NCBI GenBank assembly: GCA_013265495.1
Contig: MU058824.1
Location: 6,033,245 to 6,097,244 of the forward strand
DNA from: Vicugna vicugna
Lineage: Eukaryota
Reading direction: 5' to 3'
Length of the DNA stretch: 64,000 nucleotides
Positions within the stretch are counted from its first letter, which is position 1. Every line of letters begins with the position of its first letter. Made by a program: the position numbers and the translations under genes. Of the stretch, positions 12,138-24,241 are shown piece by piece. The notes beneath the pieces were generated by a model that was not told the origin of the DNA, did no database searches, and was given only the letters and a program-made list of their open reading frames with translations.

Positions 12138-13945
12138 GGAGATAGGCCAAGATGATGGAGCAGAAAGATGCTGTGTTCACTTCCTCTCAAGGGCATACCA
12201 AAATTACAACTATTTACAGAAGAGCTATCAATTAAAAAGGCTGTAACCTACCAAAAAAGATCTTCTACAACTAAGTATATAAAGGAGAAACTAAATGAGA
12301 TGAATAGGAGGGGTGGAGCTGTGATATAGCCAAGTGCCACACCTCTGGGTGGGCGACCCACAAATGAGAGAATAATTAAAATTGTAAAGATTCTCCCAAA
12401 GAAGTGAGGGGTCTGAGGGAAGACAAGCCTCCAGAACATTTGGCTTTGAACAGAGTTTACTTTTGGGACTCCCAGAGGGCTGGGGGAAATAGAGACTCCA
12501 CATTTAAAGGGTGCACAGAAAATCTCATGCGACCCAAGACCCAGAGCAGAAGCAGTAATCTGAAAGAAGCCTGAATGAGATGTACCTGCTAATCTGGAGA
12601 GACTCCTGGAGAAGCAAGAAGTAACTGCAGCTTACCCTGGGGACACAGACACTGGCAACAGCCATTCTGGGGATCTCATTCTACCATGTGGACACTGCTG
12701 CTGGAAAGTGGCATTTTGGAATCCTCCCTCTAGCTTATTAGCCACAGGACCCAGCCCTGCCCCTGCCCCTGCCCCTGCCCAACAACCTGTAGGCACTAGT
12801 ACTGGAACACCTCAGGCCAAATAATAGCTGGGTGGTGACAGAGCCCAACTCACAATCAGACAGGCTGTCTTAAGACCTCTGACCCCATGGCCACCTCCAA
12901 AGACCCACCAGAGGGACAAGGAACTGACCTCACACACCAATGTGCAAGGACTAGACCAGGGACCTCTAGGGTCCTGCAGCCAGAGAAACTGAGACACAGC
13001 TCCATCCACCAGTGGGCAGGCATTAGCTAGCAGTGTCCACGAGCTAGCCTGCTCAAACCTCCAGACCAGCTTAACCCACCAGTGGGTGGATGCCAACTGC
13101 AAGACAAATGCAACCCCACAGTTTGTGGACCCAGCCATCCCACCATCAGGCCAGATCCTGCCCTGAGATAAGCTGGGCCCTAACTTTACCCACAAGTGAG
13201 CCTGATATAGCCCCTGGAAAATACTTACCCACCAGCCCTGGGACTGGCTGGGCTCTGACTCTGCCCACTAGTAGGCCAACATAAGCTTTAGGACACCCTC
13301 AACTCCTCAGTCAGCTGTGTCAGGAACTAGCCCCATCCACCAGCAGTCCAACACCAGCTCTGGGACCCAGGGGCTCTGTAGCAAGACCCTGGATCCAGCT
13401 CTGCCTGCTAGTGGGCCAGCACTAGCCCCACGGCCCCCCAGGGTTCTATAGCCAGTTGCCTTGTGACCCAGCCCTGCCAACCAGTGGCCAGTAGCCTCTG
13501 CACAAGGCTTGGCAACCAACCAGACTGGGGGCCAAACAAGCCTACCAGATGGCCAAGAGTAGTCAGCCCACAAAACAGGAGGAACCATGCAGCCCACTTG
13601 GGCATAAAGCTCTGGTGACAAGAGGGGAGTGAGTTGCTGGGGCATGTGATACATGCCCTACAAAAGGCCACTTCTCCAATGTCAGGAATGTAAGCAATCT
13701 ACCAGATACACAGAAATAAAAACAGTAAATTAGGCACAACGAGGCAATAGAGGAACATGTTCCAAAAGAAGGAAGAAGATAAAATTCCAGAAGAAGAACT
13801 AAGTGAAGTAGAGATAGGCAATCTACCCATATATGTACACTAAGTGAAGTAAGTCAGACAGGGAAAGAAAAATATATGATATCACTTATAAGTGGCATCC
13901 TAATAAATGATACAAATGAGCTTATTTACAAAAACAGAAAAAAAC
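12138..13945 (+). mobile_element. Internally deleted L1: GC-rich 5'UTR and ORF1 start fused to a short 3' fragment
   Basis: caagatg 5' start; ORF1 N-terminus RNMFQKKEEDKIPEEELSEVEIGNLP (~13751-13828); then ctaagtgaagtaagtcagaca...cttatttacaaaa of the ORF2 end/3'UTR. Confidence 0.8.
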
Positions 13946-13949
13946 ATCC

Positions 13950-14620
13950 AAAGGTTTCCTCCAACCCTGTCCCCTGTCTACACTCTTTCTCTAAAGGTAG
14001 TCATGATTTTAACTTTATCACAGTTATTACTATATATTACTTTGTCCTGTTCTTGAACATCATATAAATAAAATCCTATAATATTTATTCTTTTGTGCCT
14101 TGCTTCTTGCACTCAACATAGTGTTTTTAAGAGTAATCCATGTTGCTGAGTATATAAGGAGTTCATTTTTTTTTCTGCTGTTGTCAGAATATACCATTGT
14201 CTTTTTATCCATCCTACTACTGATGAACATTTGTAGTACTTCCATTTGGGGACTATTATTAATAAAGATATTATGAACATTCTCGGACTGTCTTTTCATT
14301 CATTCCTCTTGGGTATATACCTAGAAGTAAGATTGCTGAATCATTACTTAGACACTTAGATATATGTTTAGCTTTAACAGGTACTGCCAAATAGTTGTCC
14401 CAAGTGGCCAAACCAATTTACACTCCCACCAGCAGTATATAAAAGCTTCAGTTGCCCTACATCCTATCTAAAACCTGATATGGTCAGTCTTTTTCATTTT
14501 AGCTATTCTGGGAGGTGTGCATGGGTATCTCATTGGGCTTAAATTTGCATTTCTCTAATGAGAAATGATACTGACCTTTTCATCAATAAACATCAGTATG
14601 TTTATTGGCTATTTTGGTTT
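13950..14620 (-). mobile_element. Old L1 (L1MC/ME-type) 3' segment
   Basis: ttcttgcactcaacata; gggtatatacctagaagt; tttacactcccaccagcagt. Confidence 0.8.
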
Positions 14621-14639
14621 CTGCTTCACCTTTATTTTC

Positions 14640-14950
14640 ACTCTAACATTTTTAAATTCCACAAATGTCTATTAAGAACCTGCAGTCTACAAGAGATATA
14701 CATATTAAATACTCTGCCCTCAAAGAACTCACAATTTAAAGAGAGAGGTATACAAATGCAAAAATGGTTAAGATCTAGGGTATAAGTGCACTGGTATAGT
14801 CAATCAGAAAAGAGACATGTAATCCAACTGTGTAGACTGAAAGGCTTCTTAAAGGGAGTAAGTCTTTAATTAAGATTTAAAAGACAGAAAGGATTATGGG
14901 AGAAAAGAGTAGGAAAGGATATTTTCAGGACAAGAGAACCAGAAACAGGG
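14640..14950 (-). mobile_element. L2 3' fragment
   Basis: tctgccctcaaagaactcacaattta; gaaaggcttcttaaaggga antisense L2 motifs. Confidence 0.55.
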
Positions 14951-15369
14951 AGGAAAGCCTTTTTGCCTTTCGATCATTTTGGTTCCTTGATTTAAAACAA
15001 ACAAAACAAAAAACAACCAACCAGACTTTAATTTAAATTTTTTTAAAGTTCCCAAAATGAGGGCATGAAAACTGAGTCTGGCAGAATATACATTCAATGA
15101 TAGAAATTTTATTAAAGGGCACCAATTTAGGAGTTGATGATGGTCCAGTACAGTCCCAAGAGTTAATTCCCCATTTGCTCCTTTCTTGGCTAATGATGGT
15201 AGAACTATCCTAGCACTGCAAAGGACTCCAGCTGATAGAGTCCTGCAGAGTAAGAAAATCTTGATACACTTAAAAAAAAGAAAATGAGTAATTCTTTCAC
15301 CTTAGGATTTTAATAGTGATATACATTACTATTGTTATAATTGCTATGACCATTAATGTTATTATTATA

Positions 15370-15570
15370 GCAGTCACCATTATGGTATGTTTGCCAAGTG
15401 CCAGGCAGTAAGTAAAGCACTCTACACAAGAGCCACATGAAGTGGGTAGTATTTTCATCCCCACTTCACAGATTATGAAACTAAAGTCATTAGGAATGTT
15501 GCACTATTAGAAAAGTTGAACAATTAGAAAAGACAGACGGAATTTGAATGCAGATCTGATTCCGAGTGCA
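15370..15570 (-). mobile_element. MIR
   Basis: gtgccaggca...atccccacttcacagattatgaaacta...ggaatttgaa. Confidence 0.7.
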
Positions 15571-17439
15571 TATTTTAATATTAAAATCTTCTGAATTACA
15601 ACCAGTGCCCTTTAGTAAAAGAGTATTATTCTTCTCACTCGAATTCTCTGACCCCTAGAACAAGAGAGCTATTTATATGTTTGTGGCAGAGACAGCATTT
15701 CTAGCCAGATTGTTTACTGCACATATTTCACACTCCCATTCTGATCCTAGGATATAACATCACCTAAATGTCACCTAAATGATGTCTCTACTTGGTCTAA
15801 TCTAAATTTCTTCTTCAATCTCCTATTGGTTTTAGCTGATGTGATTATTACATTCTTCAAATATGATCTTAGGTCCACTTCTATATGAATAAAGATATAA
15901 ATATTTAACTTGATCTGTTTTGGTGGTTTTTATTTTTTGACATTTTAATGGCCTAGGCAAATCCTACAGGAATTATTTGGCAAAAGTGAATACACAATAC
16001 TTTCAGAATTGTTTTAAAAAGTAAGTAGATTAATAGTTGAGATATTAGCCTTTGGTTCTTAGCTCAATGGCTCCTCTCAGCCAAAAGTAAGAGAAGAAAA
16101 TGAAGACTAGTTTCCCAGCTATACTTTGATTAATAAGGGCATTTTTTAATATCAGAATTTCTATCTGTACAATTAATCAAATTTCCCAATTGGGCTGCTA
16201 TTTCAGCATCTATTAGGAAGAAGAAGAGGGGAAGAAACACTGGGTTTAGATAGGTTTAACTCTTAAAAGATTAAAAAAAACTTATCAGGAATTTGGGAAA
16301 AGTTCCCCTTAAACTGAAACCTTAAAATAAGAATGTCTCAGGGATGTGTGAGGCCTTTTAATGAATTTTAATTTAATCTCTTTAGATGTTAATGGCTTTT
16401 GTGGGCAACAGTGTTTTCTAAATGTCAGAGAATATGGGTTTCTGTAAGCAATAGTACTAGGGAAAAAAACATATTAAATTTGGCTCCTAAGGTGAGCTTG
16501 GATGAGAACAAACGGCAAGTTTAAGGTCACAAATCATGTTTAGATAAACGACACAGCACAGTAACTAATCCAGCCTCAATATGTATTAGAAGGCAATGTC
16601 ACCAAGTGCACATACTCGGTAAGTATAAACCACCATGCTTAGCACCTCAATTCTCTTAGTATTTATTCATTTTAAAAGGCAATGTATGACTACAGCTTAC
16701 TTGCGCCATTTTTCTTCATTAGGTCACATTATTATTATACATTATATTGCTAACATAATAAATATTGCACTTAAATAATCTTATTAGAAATAACCTCTAA
16801 AGGTTATTTCTAATGCAACCAAAGTGTGTGATGTACAAAAACTAGAGGTGGTGGAAGGGAGAGATGGAAAATGATGGGTTAGAAAAGAATTTATTTTATG
16901 GGTGTCAGAATTGAGAGAATTGAATACACAGATGAATAATTTATCCTCAATCATAGCATTCAAGTTTTTTAGCTAAGATATGAAAACTAATATTACTTTA
17001 ATTACATGATTATATTTTTACCTTTTTATATATATGGAAAGAAAAAAACACCTTCCCTACTTTGGAAAAAAACACCATAATTCTATTTAGTTTGAGGGTT
17101 TAAGGTATTAAGAAGAGGAGTGTGTTTTGGAGATATTGGGAATTAGTTTCTTTAAACAACAACAAAAAAGAAAAATCCAGTAAAAGAAACATCTGGAGCA
17201 TGGCAACAACAGAAATGAAAGAGAGTCAGAGGGTAGACCTAGGGAAAGTATTTTCTGAGTGATGTGTGAAAGCTAAGTGGTCAGAGCAAAAGTGGGAGTA
17301 ATTGACTAACAGACCAGGAACATCCTAGATAGGAAAACACGGCTAGTAGTTTCCTTTAGTAGGGAAGATGCTCAGAGCAATTAGTCCTAAAGAAAAACAG
17401 GGAAATGTTAAGCAGGTAATTAGTAACTTTAGATAATTA

Positions 17440-17670
17440 GCATTTAGGTTAAATGCCTGGCCTCTAGACAAGAACCAAACAACCTTGATTCAAATCCCTG
17501 CTTTACCATATTAACAGTGCAAACCTTAACCTCTCCATGCCTCAGTTTTCCGAACCTAGAAAAAGGAATGATATTAATTGTATCTCTCTTGGAGACCTGT
17601 GCTGAGTAGTAAATAGGTATATGCCTATACTGAGTGCTATCTATATATCTGCTATCATTATTATTATTTT
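17440..17670 (+). mobile_element. MIR
   Basis: ttcaaatccctgcttta...ttaacctctccatgcctcagttttc. Confidence 0.75.
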
Positions 17671-18490
17671 GCACAAAAGATATGGAGGCTTTGAGAAAAA
17701 GAAAAATATCTAAAGCAGATGGTGATACAATGAAAAAGAGACCTAAGCACAAGCAAGTTTTTAAATCAGCTGAGCTTATCAACAGTTAGGTAGTGATAAA
17801 AGCATTCAATGGAAATTCCAAGTTCTGTGTTGCTTTCTAACTTTCAGAGGTGAAATTAAAGGTATATGTGTTATAAGAACCCTTAACAAAATCTTAGTTG
17901 AGAAAGCTTGAGTGAACAGACTGTCACATTTTAGATGATATCTAGTTATAATAGTAGTCTTGGTATTTGAGTGGGGTTAGGAAAAAGGCTCCTCAGGGCC
18001 TGTATGGGTCCACTGATTTGCATGTCAGCTAATGAGGCTATTGGTAAAATTACTTGACTTCAGAGCACAGTTGCAATACAGACCAATACAAATGTGTTTC
18101 ATGTGTATATGAAACACAGATGTGTATATCCATGTATCTGACTGACTGCTGGAAACCTGAAGAAAACCAAATTTCAGTCAGGGATGATGGGGCCCCTCAA
18201 AGAGAATTTATATTGATGGGAGAAAAGTCACAGTACATCAAAGTGGCCTAATGTTATAAGCAGCTAGTAGATTCAAGAACAATGTTTCAGCCTTCCTGGA
18301 AATCCATTCTGTTGTGCCCATACCCTGGTAGCATATGGGTGGCCAAAGAGAAAGACTTATGTTCATCAAATGAACAAACCATTTCAATAAATTCTGTAAT
18401 ACTTTTGGTTTAAGCATACCCCAGAGGAAGGAGAGGTGGGTTTTTCTCTCTTATTTCAAGAGACTGTCATGTTGTCATGAGTATCTAGAG

Positions 18491-18698
18491 CAGAGCTGAT
18501 CAACAGAACTTTCTAAAGTGATGGAAATGCTCTAATCTGTGCTGTACAAGATGGCTGCCACTAGAACATGTGGCTAATTAACACTTGAAGTATGGCTAGT
18601 GTGAGTAAGGAAATGAATTTTTAATTTTATTTAACTTTAATTACATTTAAATTTAAATAGTCACATGTGGTTAGTGACTACTGTATTAGACAGCACAC
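18491..18698. mobile_element. MER3 hAT-Charlie MITE
   Basis: agaactttct...gatggaaatg; catgtggcta; ttaaatttaaatagtcacatgtgg...cagcac; flanked by atctagag hAT-type target. Confidence 0.85.
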
Positions 18699-18864
18699 AT
18701 TAAAGTATCACCAGCCAATAAAAAGTGCTGGTGATGCTTCACTGTCATCAAGGTAAAGCAACTCAGCTGCATTGTAGTTTAAAATATGGAGCCTAGAGTC
18801 AACTGACTTGTATCCTGGTTCCACCTCTTATCAACAAGGTAAAAAGTGACCCTGGGAGATGCAT

Positions 18865-20500
18865 GGGACTTCTAACTCCTGCTTGGGATTTAGGAAGCTG
18901 GATAGAACATGCTCCTACCCTCAGAAAAACAAAACAAAAAAACTGAAGAATTTGAAAACTCATAACTTCACTTGAACTAATCACAGAGCTGAGACTTCAG
19001 GGCAACCAGCTAACTGGAAATTTAAGGAAAGACAGGAGACTTCGAGGAAAGTCAGGACACCAACACTTGCTTATTACCTAAGGAAAATGCAGCCAGATAC
19101 TAGGAAGAATTCAACAAAAGCATTTAATAAATTGATAAAGGCCAAATATGGCCTCATGAGAGAATACAGATGTCCTAGAGGCTGTAGATATGAGAGTATT
19201 TTACACCCGCTAACAAGGTTTTTGCCACAAACTTCACTAAAAGATTGGAGAGAGTCTGGAGAGAGAATTCCTCATGGTGCAGACTTGAGGAGGAGAACAG
19301 CAGTCAGATTCTTTTTCCCAGTCTCCCCTACAGAACCAAAGCCTTAGATTGCTACAGAAAGAGCGATAAACACTGTCACCATTAGGACCCTGATGAAAAC
19401 CCATTTCTGCTAGGTGAAGTAAACAAAAAATACCTTTATCCATAGTAAAGAGACAGGAATACAGGCTTAGCCTAGACCTACAGCTGGAAATGGGACAGGA
19501 GTCCTTAGAAAGCCATACCTCTGGGACTCAGAGACACAGTACCTGCCTAACACCGAGGCTTAATCATAATAGACAATGCTCCTCTCATCTCTCTCCCACA
19601 ACCAGACTAACAAGTGTTGAATAACAAGTAACCCTGGTGTCCTGCTGGAAGGGGCAAGAACGTGAAAAGAGGACATGTCTGAGACACAGTACAAAGGGAA
19701 GACCTAAAACTAAGAATGGAGCAAATATTAAGAAAAACTTCTGGTTAGTCCCCAGTTTAAACACACAAGACAATGCCAGAGAAATCTGTAGCCTGTGGTA
19801 CACTAAGTAATCATAGCCACAAAAAACAAACTTAGTTCAACTACTCCCATTTCCATATTAAAGGGGAATAAAAGATGTGCCCATTTCCAAGCATAAAAAC
19901 TATGTTTCTATTGTTCTACATAAGTTTTTTGGCTTTCAACAACAACAAAAAACATACATAAGGCAAATTAAAAAAGCAAAAATAACACACTATCAAAGCA
20001 ACTAGCATAATCAGGTACAAATATAGAGAGATATTGGAACTATCATACAAGGAATTTAAAATAATTATAATTAATATGGTAAAGTCACTAATAGAAAAGG
20101 TGGACTACATGAAAGATCAGATGGGTAATTTCAACAGAGAAATGGAAGCTATTGGGAAAAAATCAAATAGAAATGCTAGAAATGAAAAACACAGTTAGAG
20201 AGATTAAGAATGCCAGTTTCACCACTAGTTTTGACACAGTCAAGGGGAAAAAACATATCAGTGTATTGGAAAGTAAGTCAATAGAAAGTACCCAAAATGA
20301 AACACATAGAAAAAAAGAGTAGAAAAACAATCAAAGGATTCAAGAGCTGAGGAACAGTATCAAACCGCCTACCACAAATGTAATTAGAATCCCCAAATGA
20401 GATAATAGAACAAGGTAGAGGAAATATTTGAGAATTTTTGAAAAGTAAAGACAGACACCAAATCACAACTCTACAGAGAACACCAAGCAGGATTTAAGAA
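18865..20500 (+). mobile_element. Old L1 (L1MC/MD-type) 5'UTR plus ORF1 part
   Basis: Decayed ORF1 (agatcagatgggtaatttcaacagagaaatggaa; aaatgctagaaatgaaaaacacag); homologous by eye to 44460-46225. Confidence 0.75.
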
Positions 20501-20819
20501 AGGAAGGAAGGAATAAAGAAATAAAAAAAGGAACGAGGGAAGGAAAACCAGCAAAAAGGAAAGTTGTTTCCACTGTGTTTGCCCCAACATTCTCATCTTA
20601 ACAGATTTTTACTATTAAGTCAAGGTCATTGTCTGGGAGTCCTTGTATGCCTGGCCATAATAGCAGTAAGACTACTGGATACATGTAAGTTACAAGTTTG
20701 GGGATTCTCAGAAATACTCTGCAAGTTGCCAAATTTTCTGTGAGTCAGAGCTTAGAGTTAGCAAAAAAGTAGTATTAATGCGAGTAAGATTCCAAGCACA
20801 GGACAGGGATCCATTAGTC

Positions 20820-21040
20820 ACTAAATATTTATAATAGGCCAGGCATTATGCTATATACCCTTCATAGATTTTATTTCATCTCTTTCCAACAGCAATTCTC
20901 TAGGGTAGCTATCAGTATTATTCCCTCTTTACAAATGAGGATCAGAAAGATTAAGTGATTTCTTCAAGGCCAAACTGCTAATAAACTTTGGTGCCAAGTT
21001 TTGGACCCAGACCTGCCTATATCTAAAGACAAAATTCTGT
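20820..21040 (-). mobile_element. MIR
   Basis: ccaggcattatgcta...ttttacaaatgagg...ttaagtgattt...caagg. Confidence 0.7.
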
Positions 21041-21138
21041 CCCAAACATAACTATTTATCCTTGTTATTTGCTGTTTATGAGTGCTCACACCCACTTAGT
21101 TTCTGGACCTACCTTAAACAATATAGAATTAGCACTTA

Positions 21139-23584
21139 GAGGTATACCTCAGAGATACTACGGATTTAGTTCCAGACCACTGCAGTAAAGCAAATATTGC
21201 AATAAATTAACTTATACAATTTTTTGGTTTCCCAGTACATAAAAAAGTTATATTTACACTATATAGGGTAGTATATGTAGTCTATTAAGTGTGCAATAGC
21301 ATTATGTCTATAAAAATGTATACATCTTAATTAAAAATACTTTATTGCTGAAAAATGCTAACCATCATCTGAGCCTTTAGTGTGTCATAATCTTTTTGCT
21401 GGTTATTGCCTTGATGTTGATGGCTGCTGACTGATAAGGGTAGTGGCTGCTGAAGGTTGGAATGGCTGTGGCAATTTCTTAAAATAAAACAACAATGAAG
21501 TTTGCCACACCATTGACTTTCCTTTTCACGAACAATTTTTCTGTAACATGCCATGCTGTTTGATAGCATTTAACCCATGGTAGAACTTCTTTAAAAATTG
21601 GAGTCAATCCTCTCAAATTCTCACACTGCTTTATTAGCTAAGTTTATGTAATATTCTAAATTCTTTGTGTCATTTCACCAAACTTCACTGCATCTTTACC
21701 AGGAGTAGATTCCATACCAAGAAACCATGTTCTTTGCTTATCAGTAAGAAGCAACTCCTTATTCATTCAAGTTTTACCATTAGATTGCAAAAATTTAGTC
21801 CCATCTTCAGGCTCCACTTCTAGATCTTTTGCTATTTCTACCACATCTATAGTTACTTCCTCCACTATGGTCTTAAACCCCTAAAAGTCATCCATGAGAG
21901 TTGGAATCAACTTCTTCCAAATCCCTGTTAATGTTGATATTTGAATCACTTCCCATGAATCAAAAATGTTCTTAACGGCATCTAGAGTGGTGAATCCTTT
22001 CCAGAGGTTTTCAATTAACTTTTCCCAGATCCATCAGAGGAATCACTGTCTCCAGTAACTATAGCCTTACAAATTCTATCTTAAATAATAAGACTTAAAA
22101 GTCAAAATGACATCTTGACCCATGGACTGCAGAATGGATGTTGTGTTAACAGACATAAAAACAATATTAATCTCATTGTACATCTTCATCAGAGCTCTTG
22201 GGTGAACAGGTGCATTGTCAGTGAGCAGTAATATTCTGAAAGACTCTTTTTTTTCTGAGCAGTAGTTCTTCACAATGGGCTTAATATATTCAGTCAACCA
22301 GTTTGTAAACAGATGTGCTGTCATCCAGGCTTTATTGTTCCATTGATAGAGCACAGGCAGTGCAGATTGAGCATAATTCATAAGGGCACTAGGATTTTCA
22401 GAACAGTCCATGAGCACTGGCTTCAACTTAAAGTCATCAGCTGCATTAGCAACTAACATGAGAGTCAGCCTATCCTTTGAAGCTTTGAAGCCTAGCATTG
22501 ACTTCTTGTCTCTAGATATGAAAGTCCTAGATGGCATCTTCTTCCAATAAAAGGCTGTTTTATCTACATTGAAAATCTGTTGTTAAGTGTAGCCATGTTC
22601 ATTAATTATCTTAGCTAAATCTTCTGGATGACTTGCTGCGGCTTCTACATTAACTCTTGCAGCTTTACATCATACTTCTATGTTACAGAGATGGCTTTTC
22701 CCCTCAAACCTCATGAACCAACAAACCAACCTCTGCTATGTTCAAACTATTCTTCTGCAGCTTCCTCACTTCTCTTGGCCTTCACAGAATTGTGATTATG
22801 GTATCTCCCCTGCCAGGTAAGTATGGCCTTCACATAAATGAACAGAGTTTGGGCTTTGGCATACATTTTGGTTTAAGAGAATGTTGTAGCTGGTTTGACC
22901 TTCTATCCAGATCACTAAAAGTTTCTCCGTATCAGCAATAAGGCTGTTTAGCTTTCTTATCATTCATGTGTTTGGTGGAGTAGCACTTATAACTTTCTTC
23001 AAGAATTTTTCCTTTGTATTCACAACTTGGATAGCCATTTGGTTCAAGAGGTCTAGCTTTTGGCCTATCTTGGCTTTCAACATGCCTTCCTCACTAAGCT
23101 TAATCATTTCTAACTTTTGATTTAAAAAGTTATACATGACATTTCCTTTTACTTGAATACTTAGAGGCCATTGTAGGATTATTAATTGGCCTAATTTCAA
23201 TATTGTTGTATCTCAGGTAATAGGGAGGCCCGAGGAGAGGAAGAGAGACAGGGGAACAGCTGGTCGGTGGAGCAATAACACACATATTTATCAATTAAGT
23301 TTGCTGTCTTATATGGGCACAGCTCATGGCACCCCAAAACAATTACAATAGTAACATCAAAGATCACTGATCATAGATCACCATAAGAAATATAATAATA
23401 ATGACAAAGTTTGAAATATTGCAAAAATTACCAAAACGAGACAGAGACATGAAGAGAGCAAATGCTGTTGGAAAAATGACATCAGTAGACCTATTCAACA
23501 CACAGCTGTCACAAGCCTTCAAGTTGTTTTAAAAAAAAAAAAAAAGCAGTTATCTGTGATACTCAATAAAACAAGGTATGCCTG
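21139..23584 (-). mobile_element. Tigger1 (pogo-like Tc1/mariner), full length, transposase disrupted
   Basis: TIRs gaggtatacctc and aaggtatgcctg, each flanked by TA; ORF fragments [15 protein letters not shown] (22964-23200) and MPSRTFI...[10 protein letters not shown]...KAWMT...[11 protein letters not shown] (22076-22537). Confidence 0.95.
22792..22824 (-). pseudogene. RNU1: U1 snRNA 5' fragment (nt 1-33), tailless retropseudogene
   Basis: Reverse complement atacttacctggcaggggagataccataatcac is 32/33 identical to the U1 5' end; flanked by 15-bp direct repeats at 22777-22791 and 22825-22839. Confidence 0.92.
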
Positions 23585-23679
23585 TACTTGACTTAAGTGT
23601 CCTGGTTCATCTTCATATCTTCATATCTGTTACTCATAAAACTTCTAAATTACATAAAAATTCTTATTCACCCCTCCAA

Positions 23680-23815
23680 GATTTACTGAAGTCTTATTAT
23701 GCCCTATCCACTGTACTAGGTACTTTATATCTGTTAATTATCTCATTTAATGTAGACAAATACTTCACAAAGGAGGTATCAGTAAACATGTTTTACCAAT
23801 TAAAAAGTTAAGGAG
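23680..23815 (-). mobile_element. MIR fragment
   Basis: cactgtactaggtacttta...atctcatttaat. Confidence 0.6.
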
Positions 23816-24197
23816 TATACCAGACAATTTTCGGTACCCTTCAAATACCCTCTTAGTCCTCACCATTCCCTCACACAGTAACCTGACTGCTTTCAGCTAC
23901 AATCACTTGTGACTCTGCCAGGAAGCAGCCTCAATCACTGACTGATGGAAATGGTAGTCAAATATTCCTCCTTCCTGCCCCTGACAGTGAGAGGGATGGG
24001 CCAAATACTGAGGAGTGACCCGCACTCCCTACCGTAGCGGTAACTTGCTTGCTAAAGCATGTATATTGACTTACTTGCTTCGCCTGCTTCACTTCCTCAT
24101 TCTTTTGTCAATGTTTTCTATAATCACATCCCAATAAGTTACATGTACTAAAATCCTTGTCATGGGGTCAGCTTCTAGAGGAACTCAAATTAAGTCA
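23816..24197 (+). mobile_element. LTR16-family (ERVL) solo LTR
   Basis: gcggtaacttgctt; cacttcctcattc; cccaataag...aaatccttgt...ggtcagcttctagaggaac 3' end. Confidence 0.7.
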
Positions 24198-24241
24198 CAC
24201 TATAGTTTAGTGCCTGAGTAAATTTTGAACTAAAATTTAAG

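Noticed and set aside
12812..13671. Cluster of GC-rich ORFs resembling a gene or CpG island
   Set aside because: Lies within an L1 5'UTR and is CpG-depleted
22076..22537. 153-aa DDE transposase ORF as a TIGD1-like host gene
   Set aside because: Fragment of a disrupted Tigger1 with stops, frameshifts and an insertion, still bounded by TIRs
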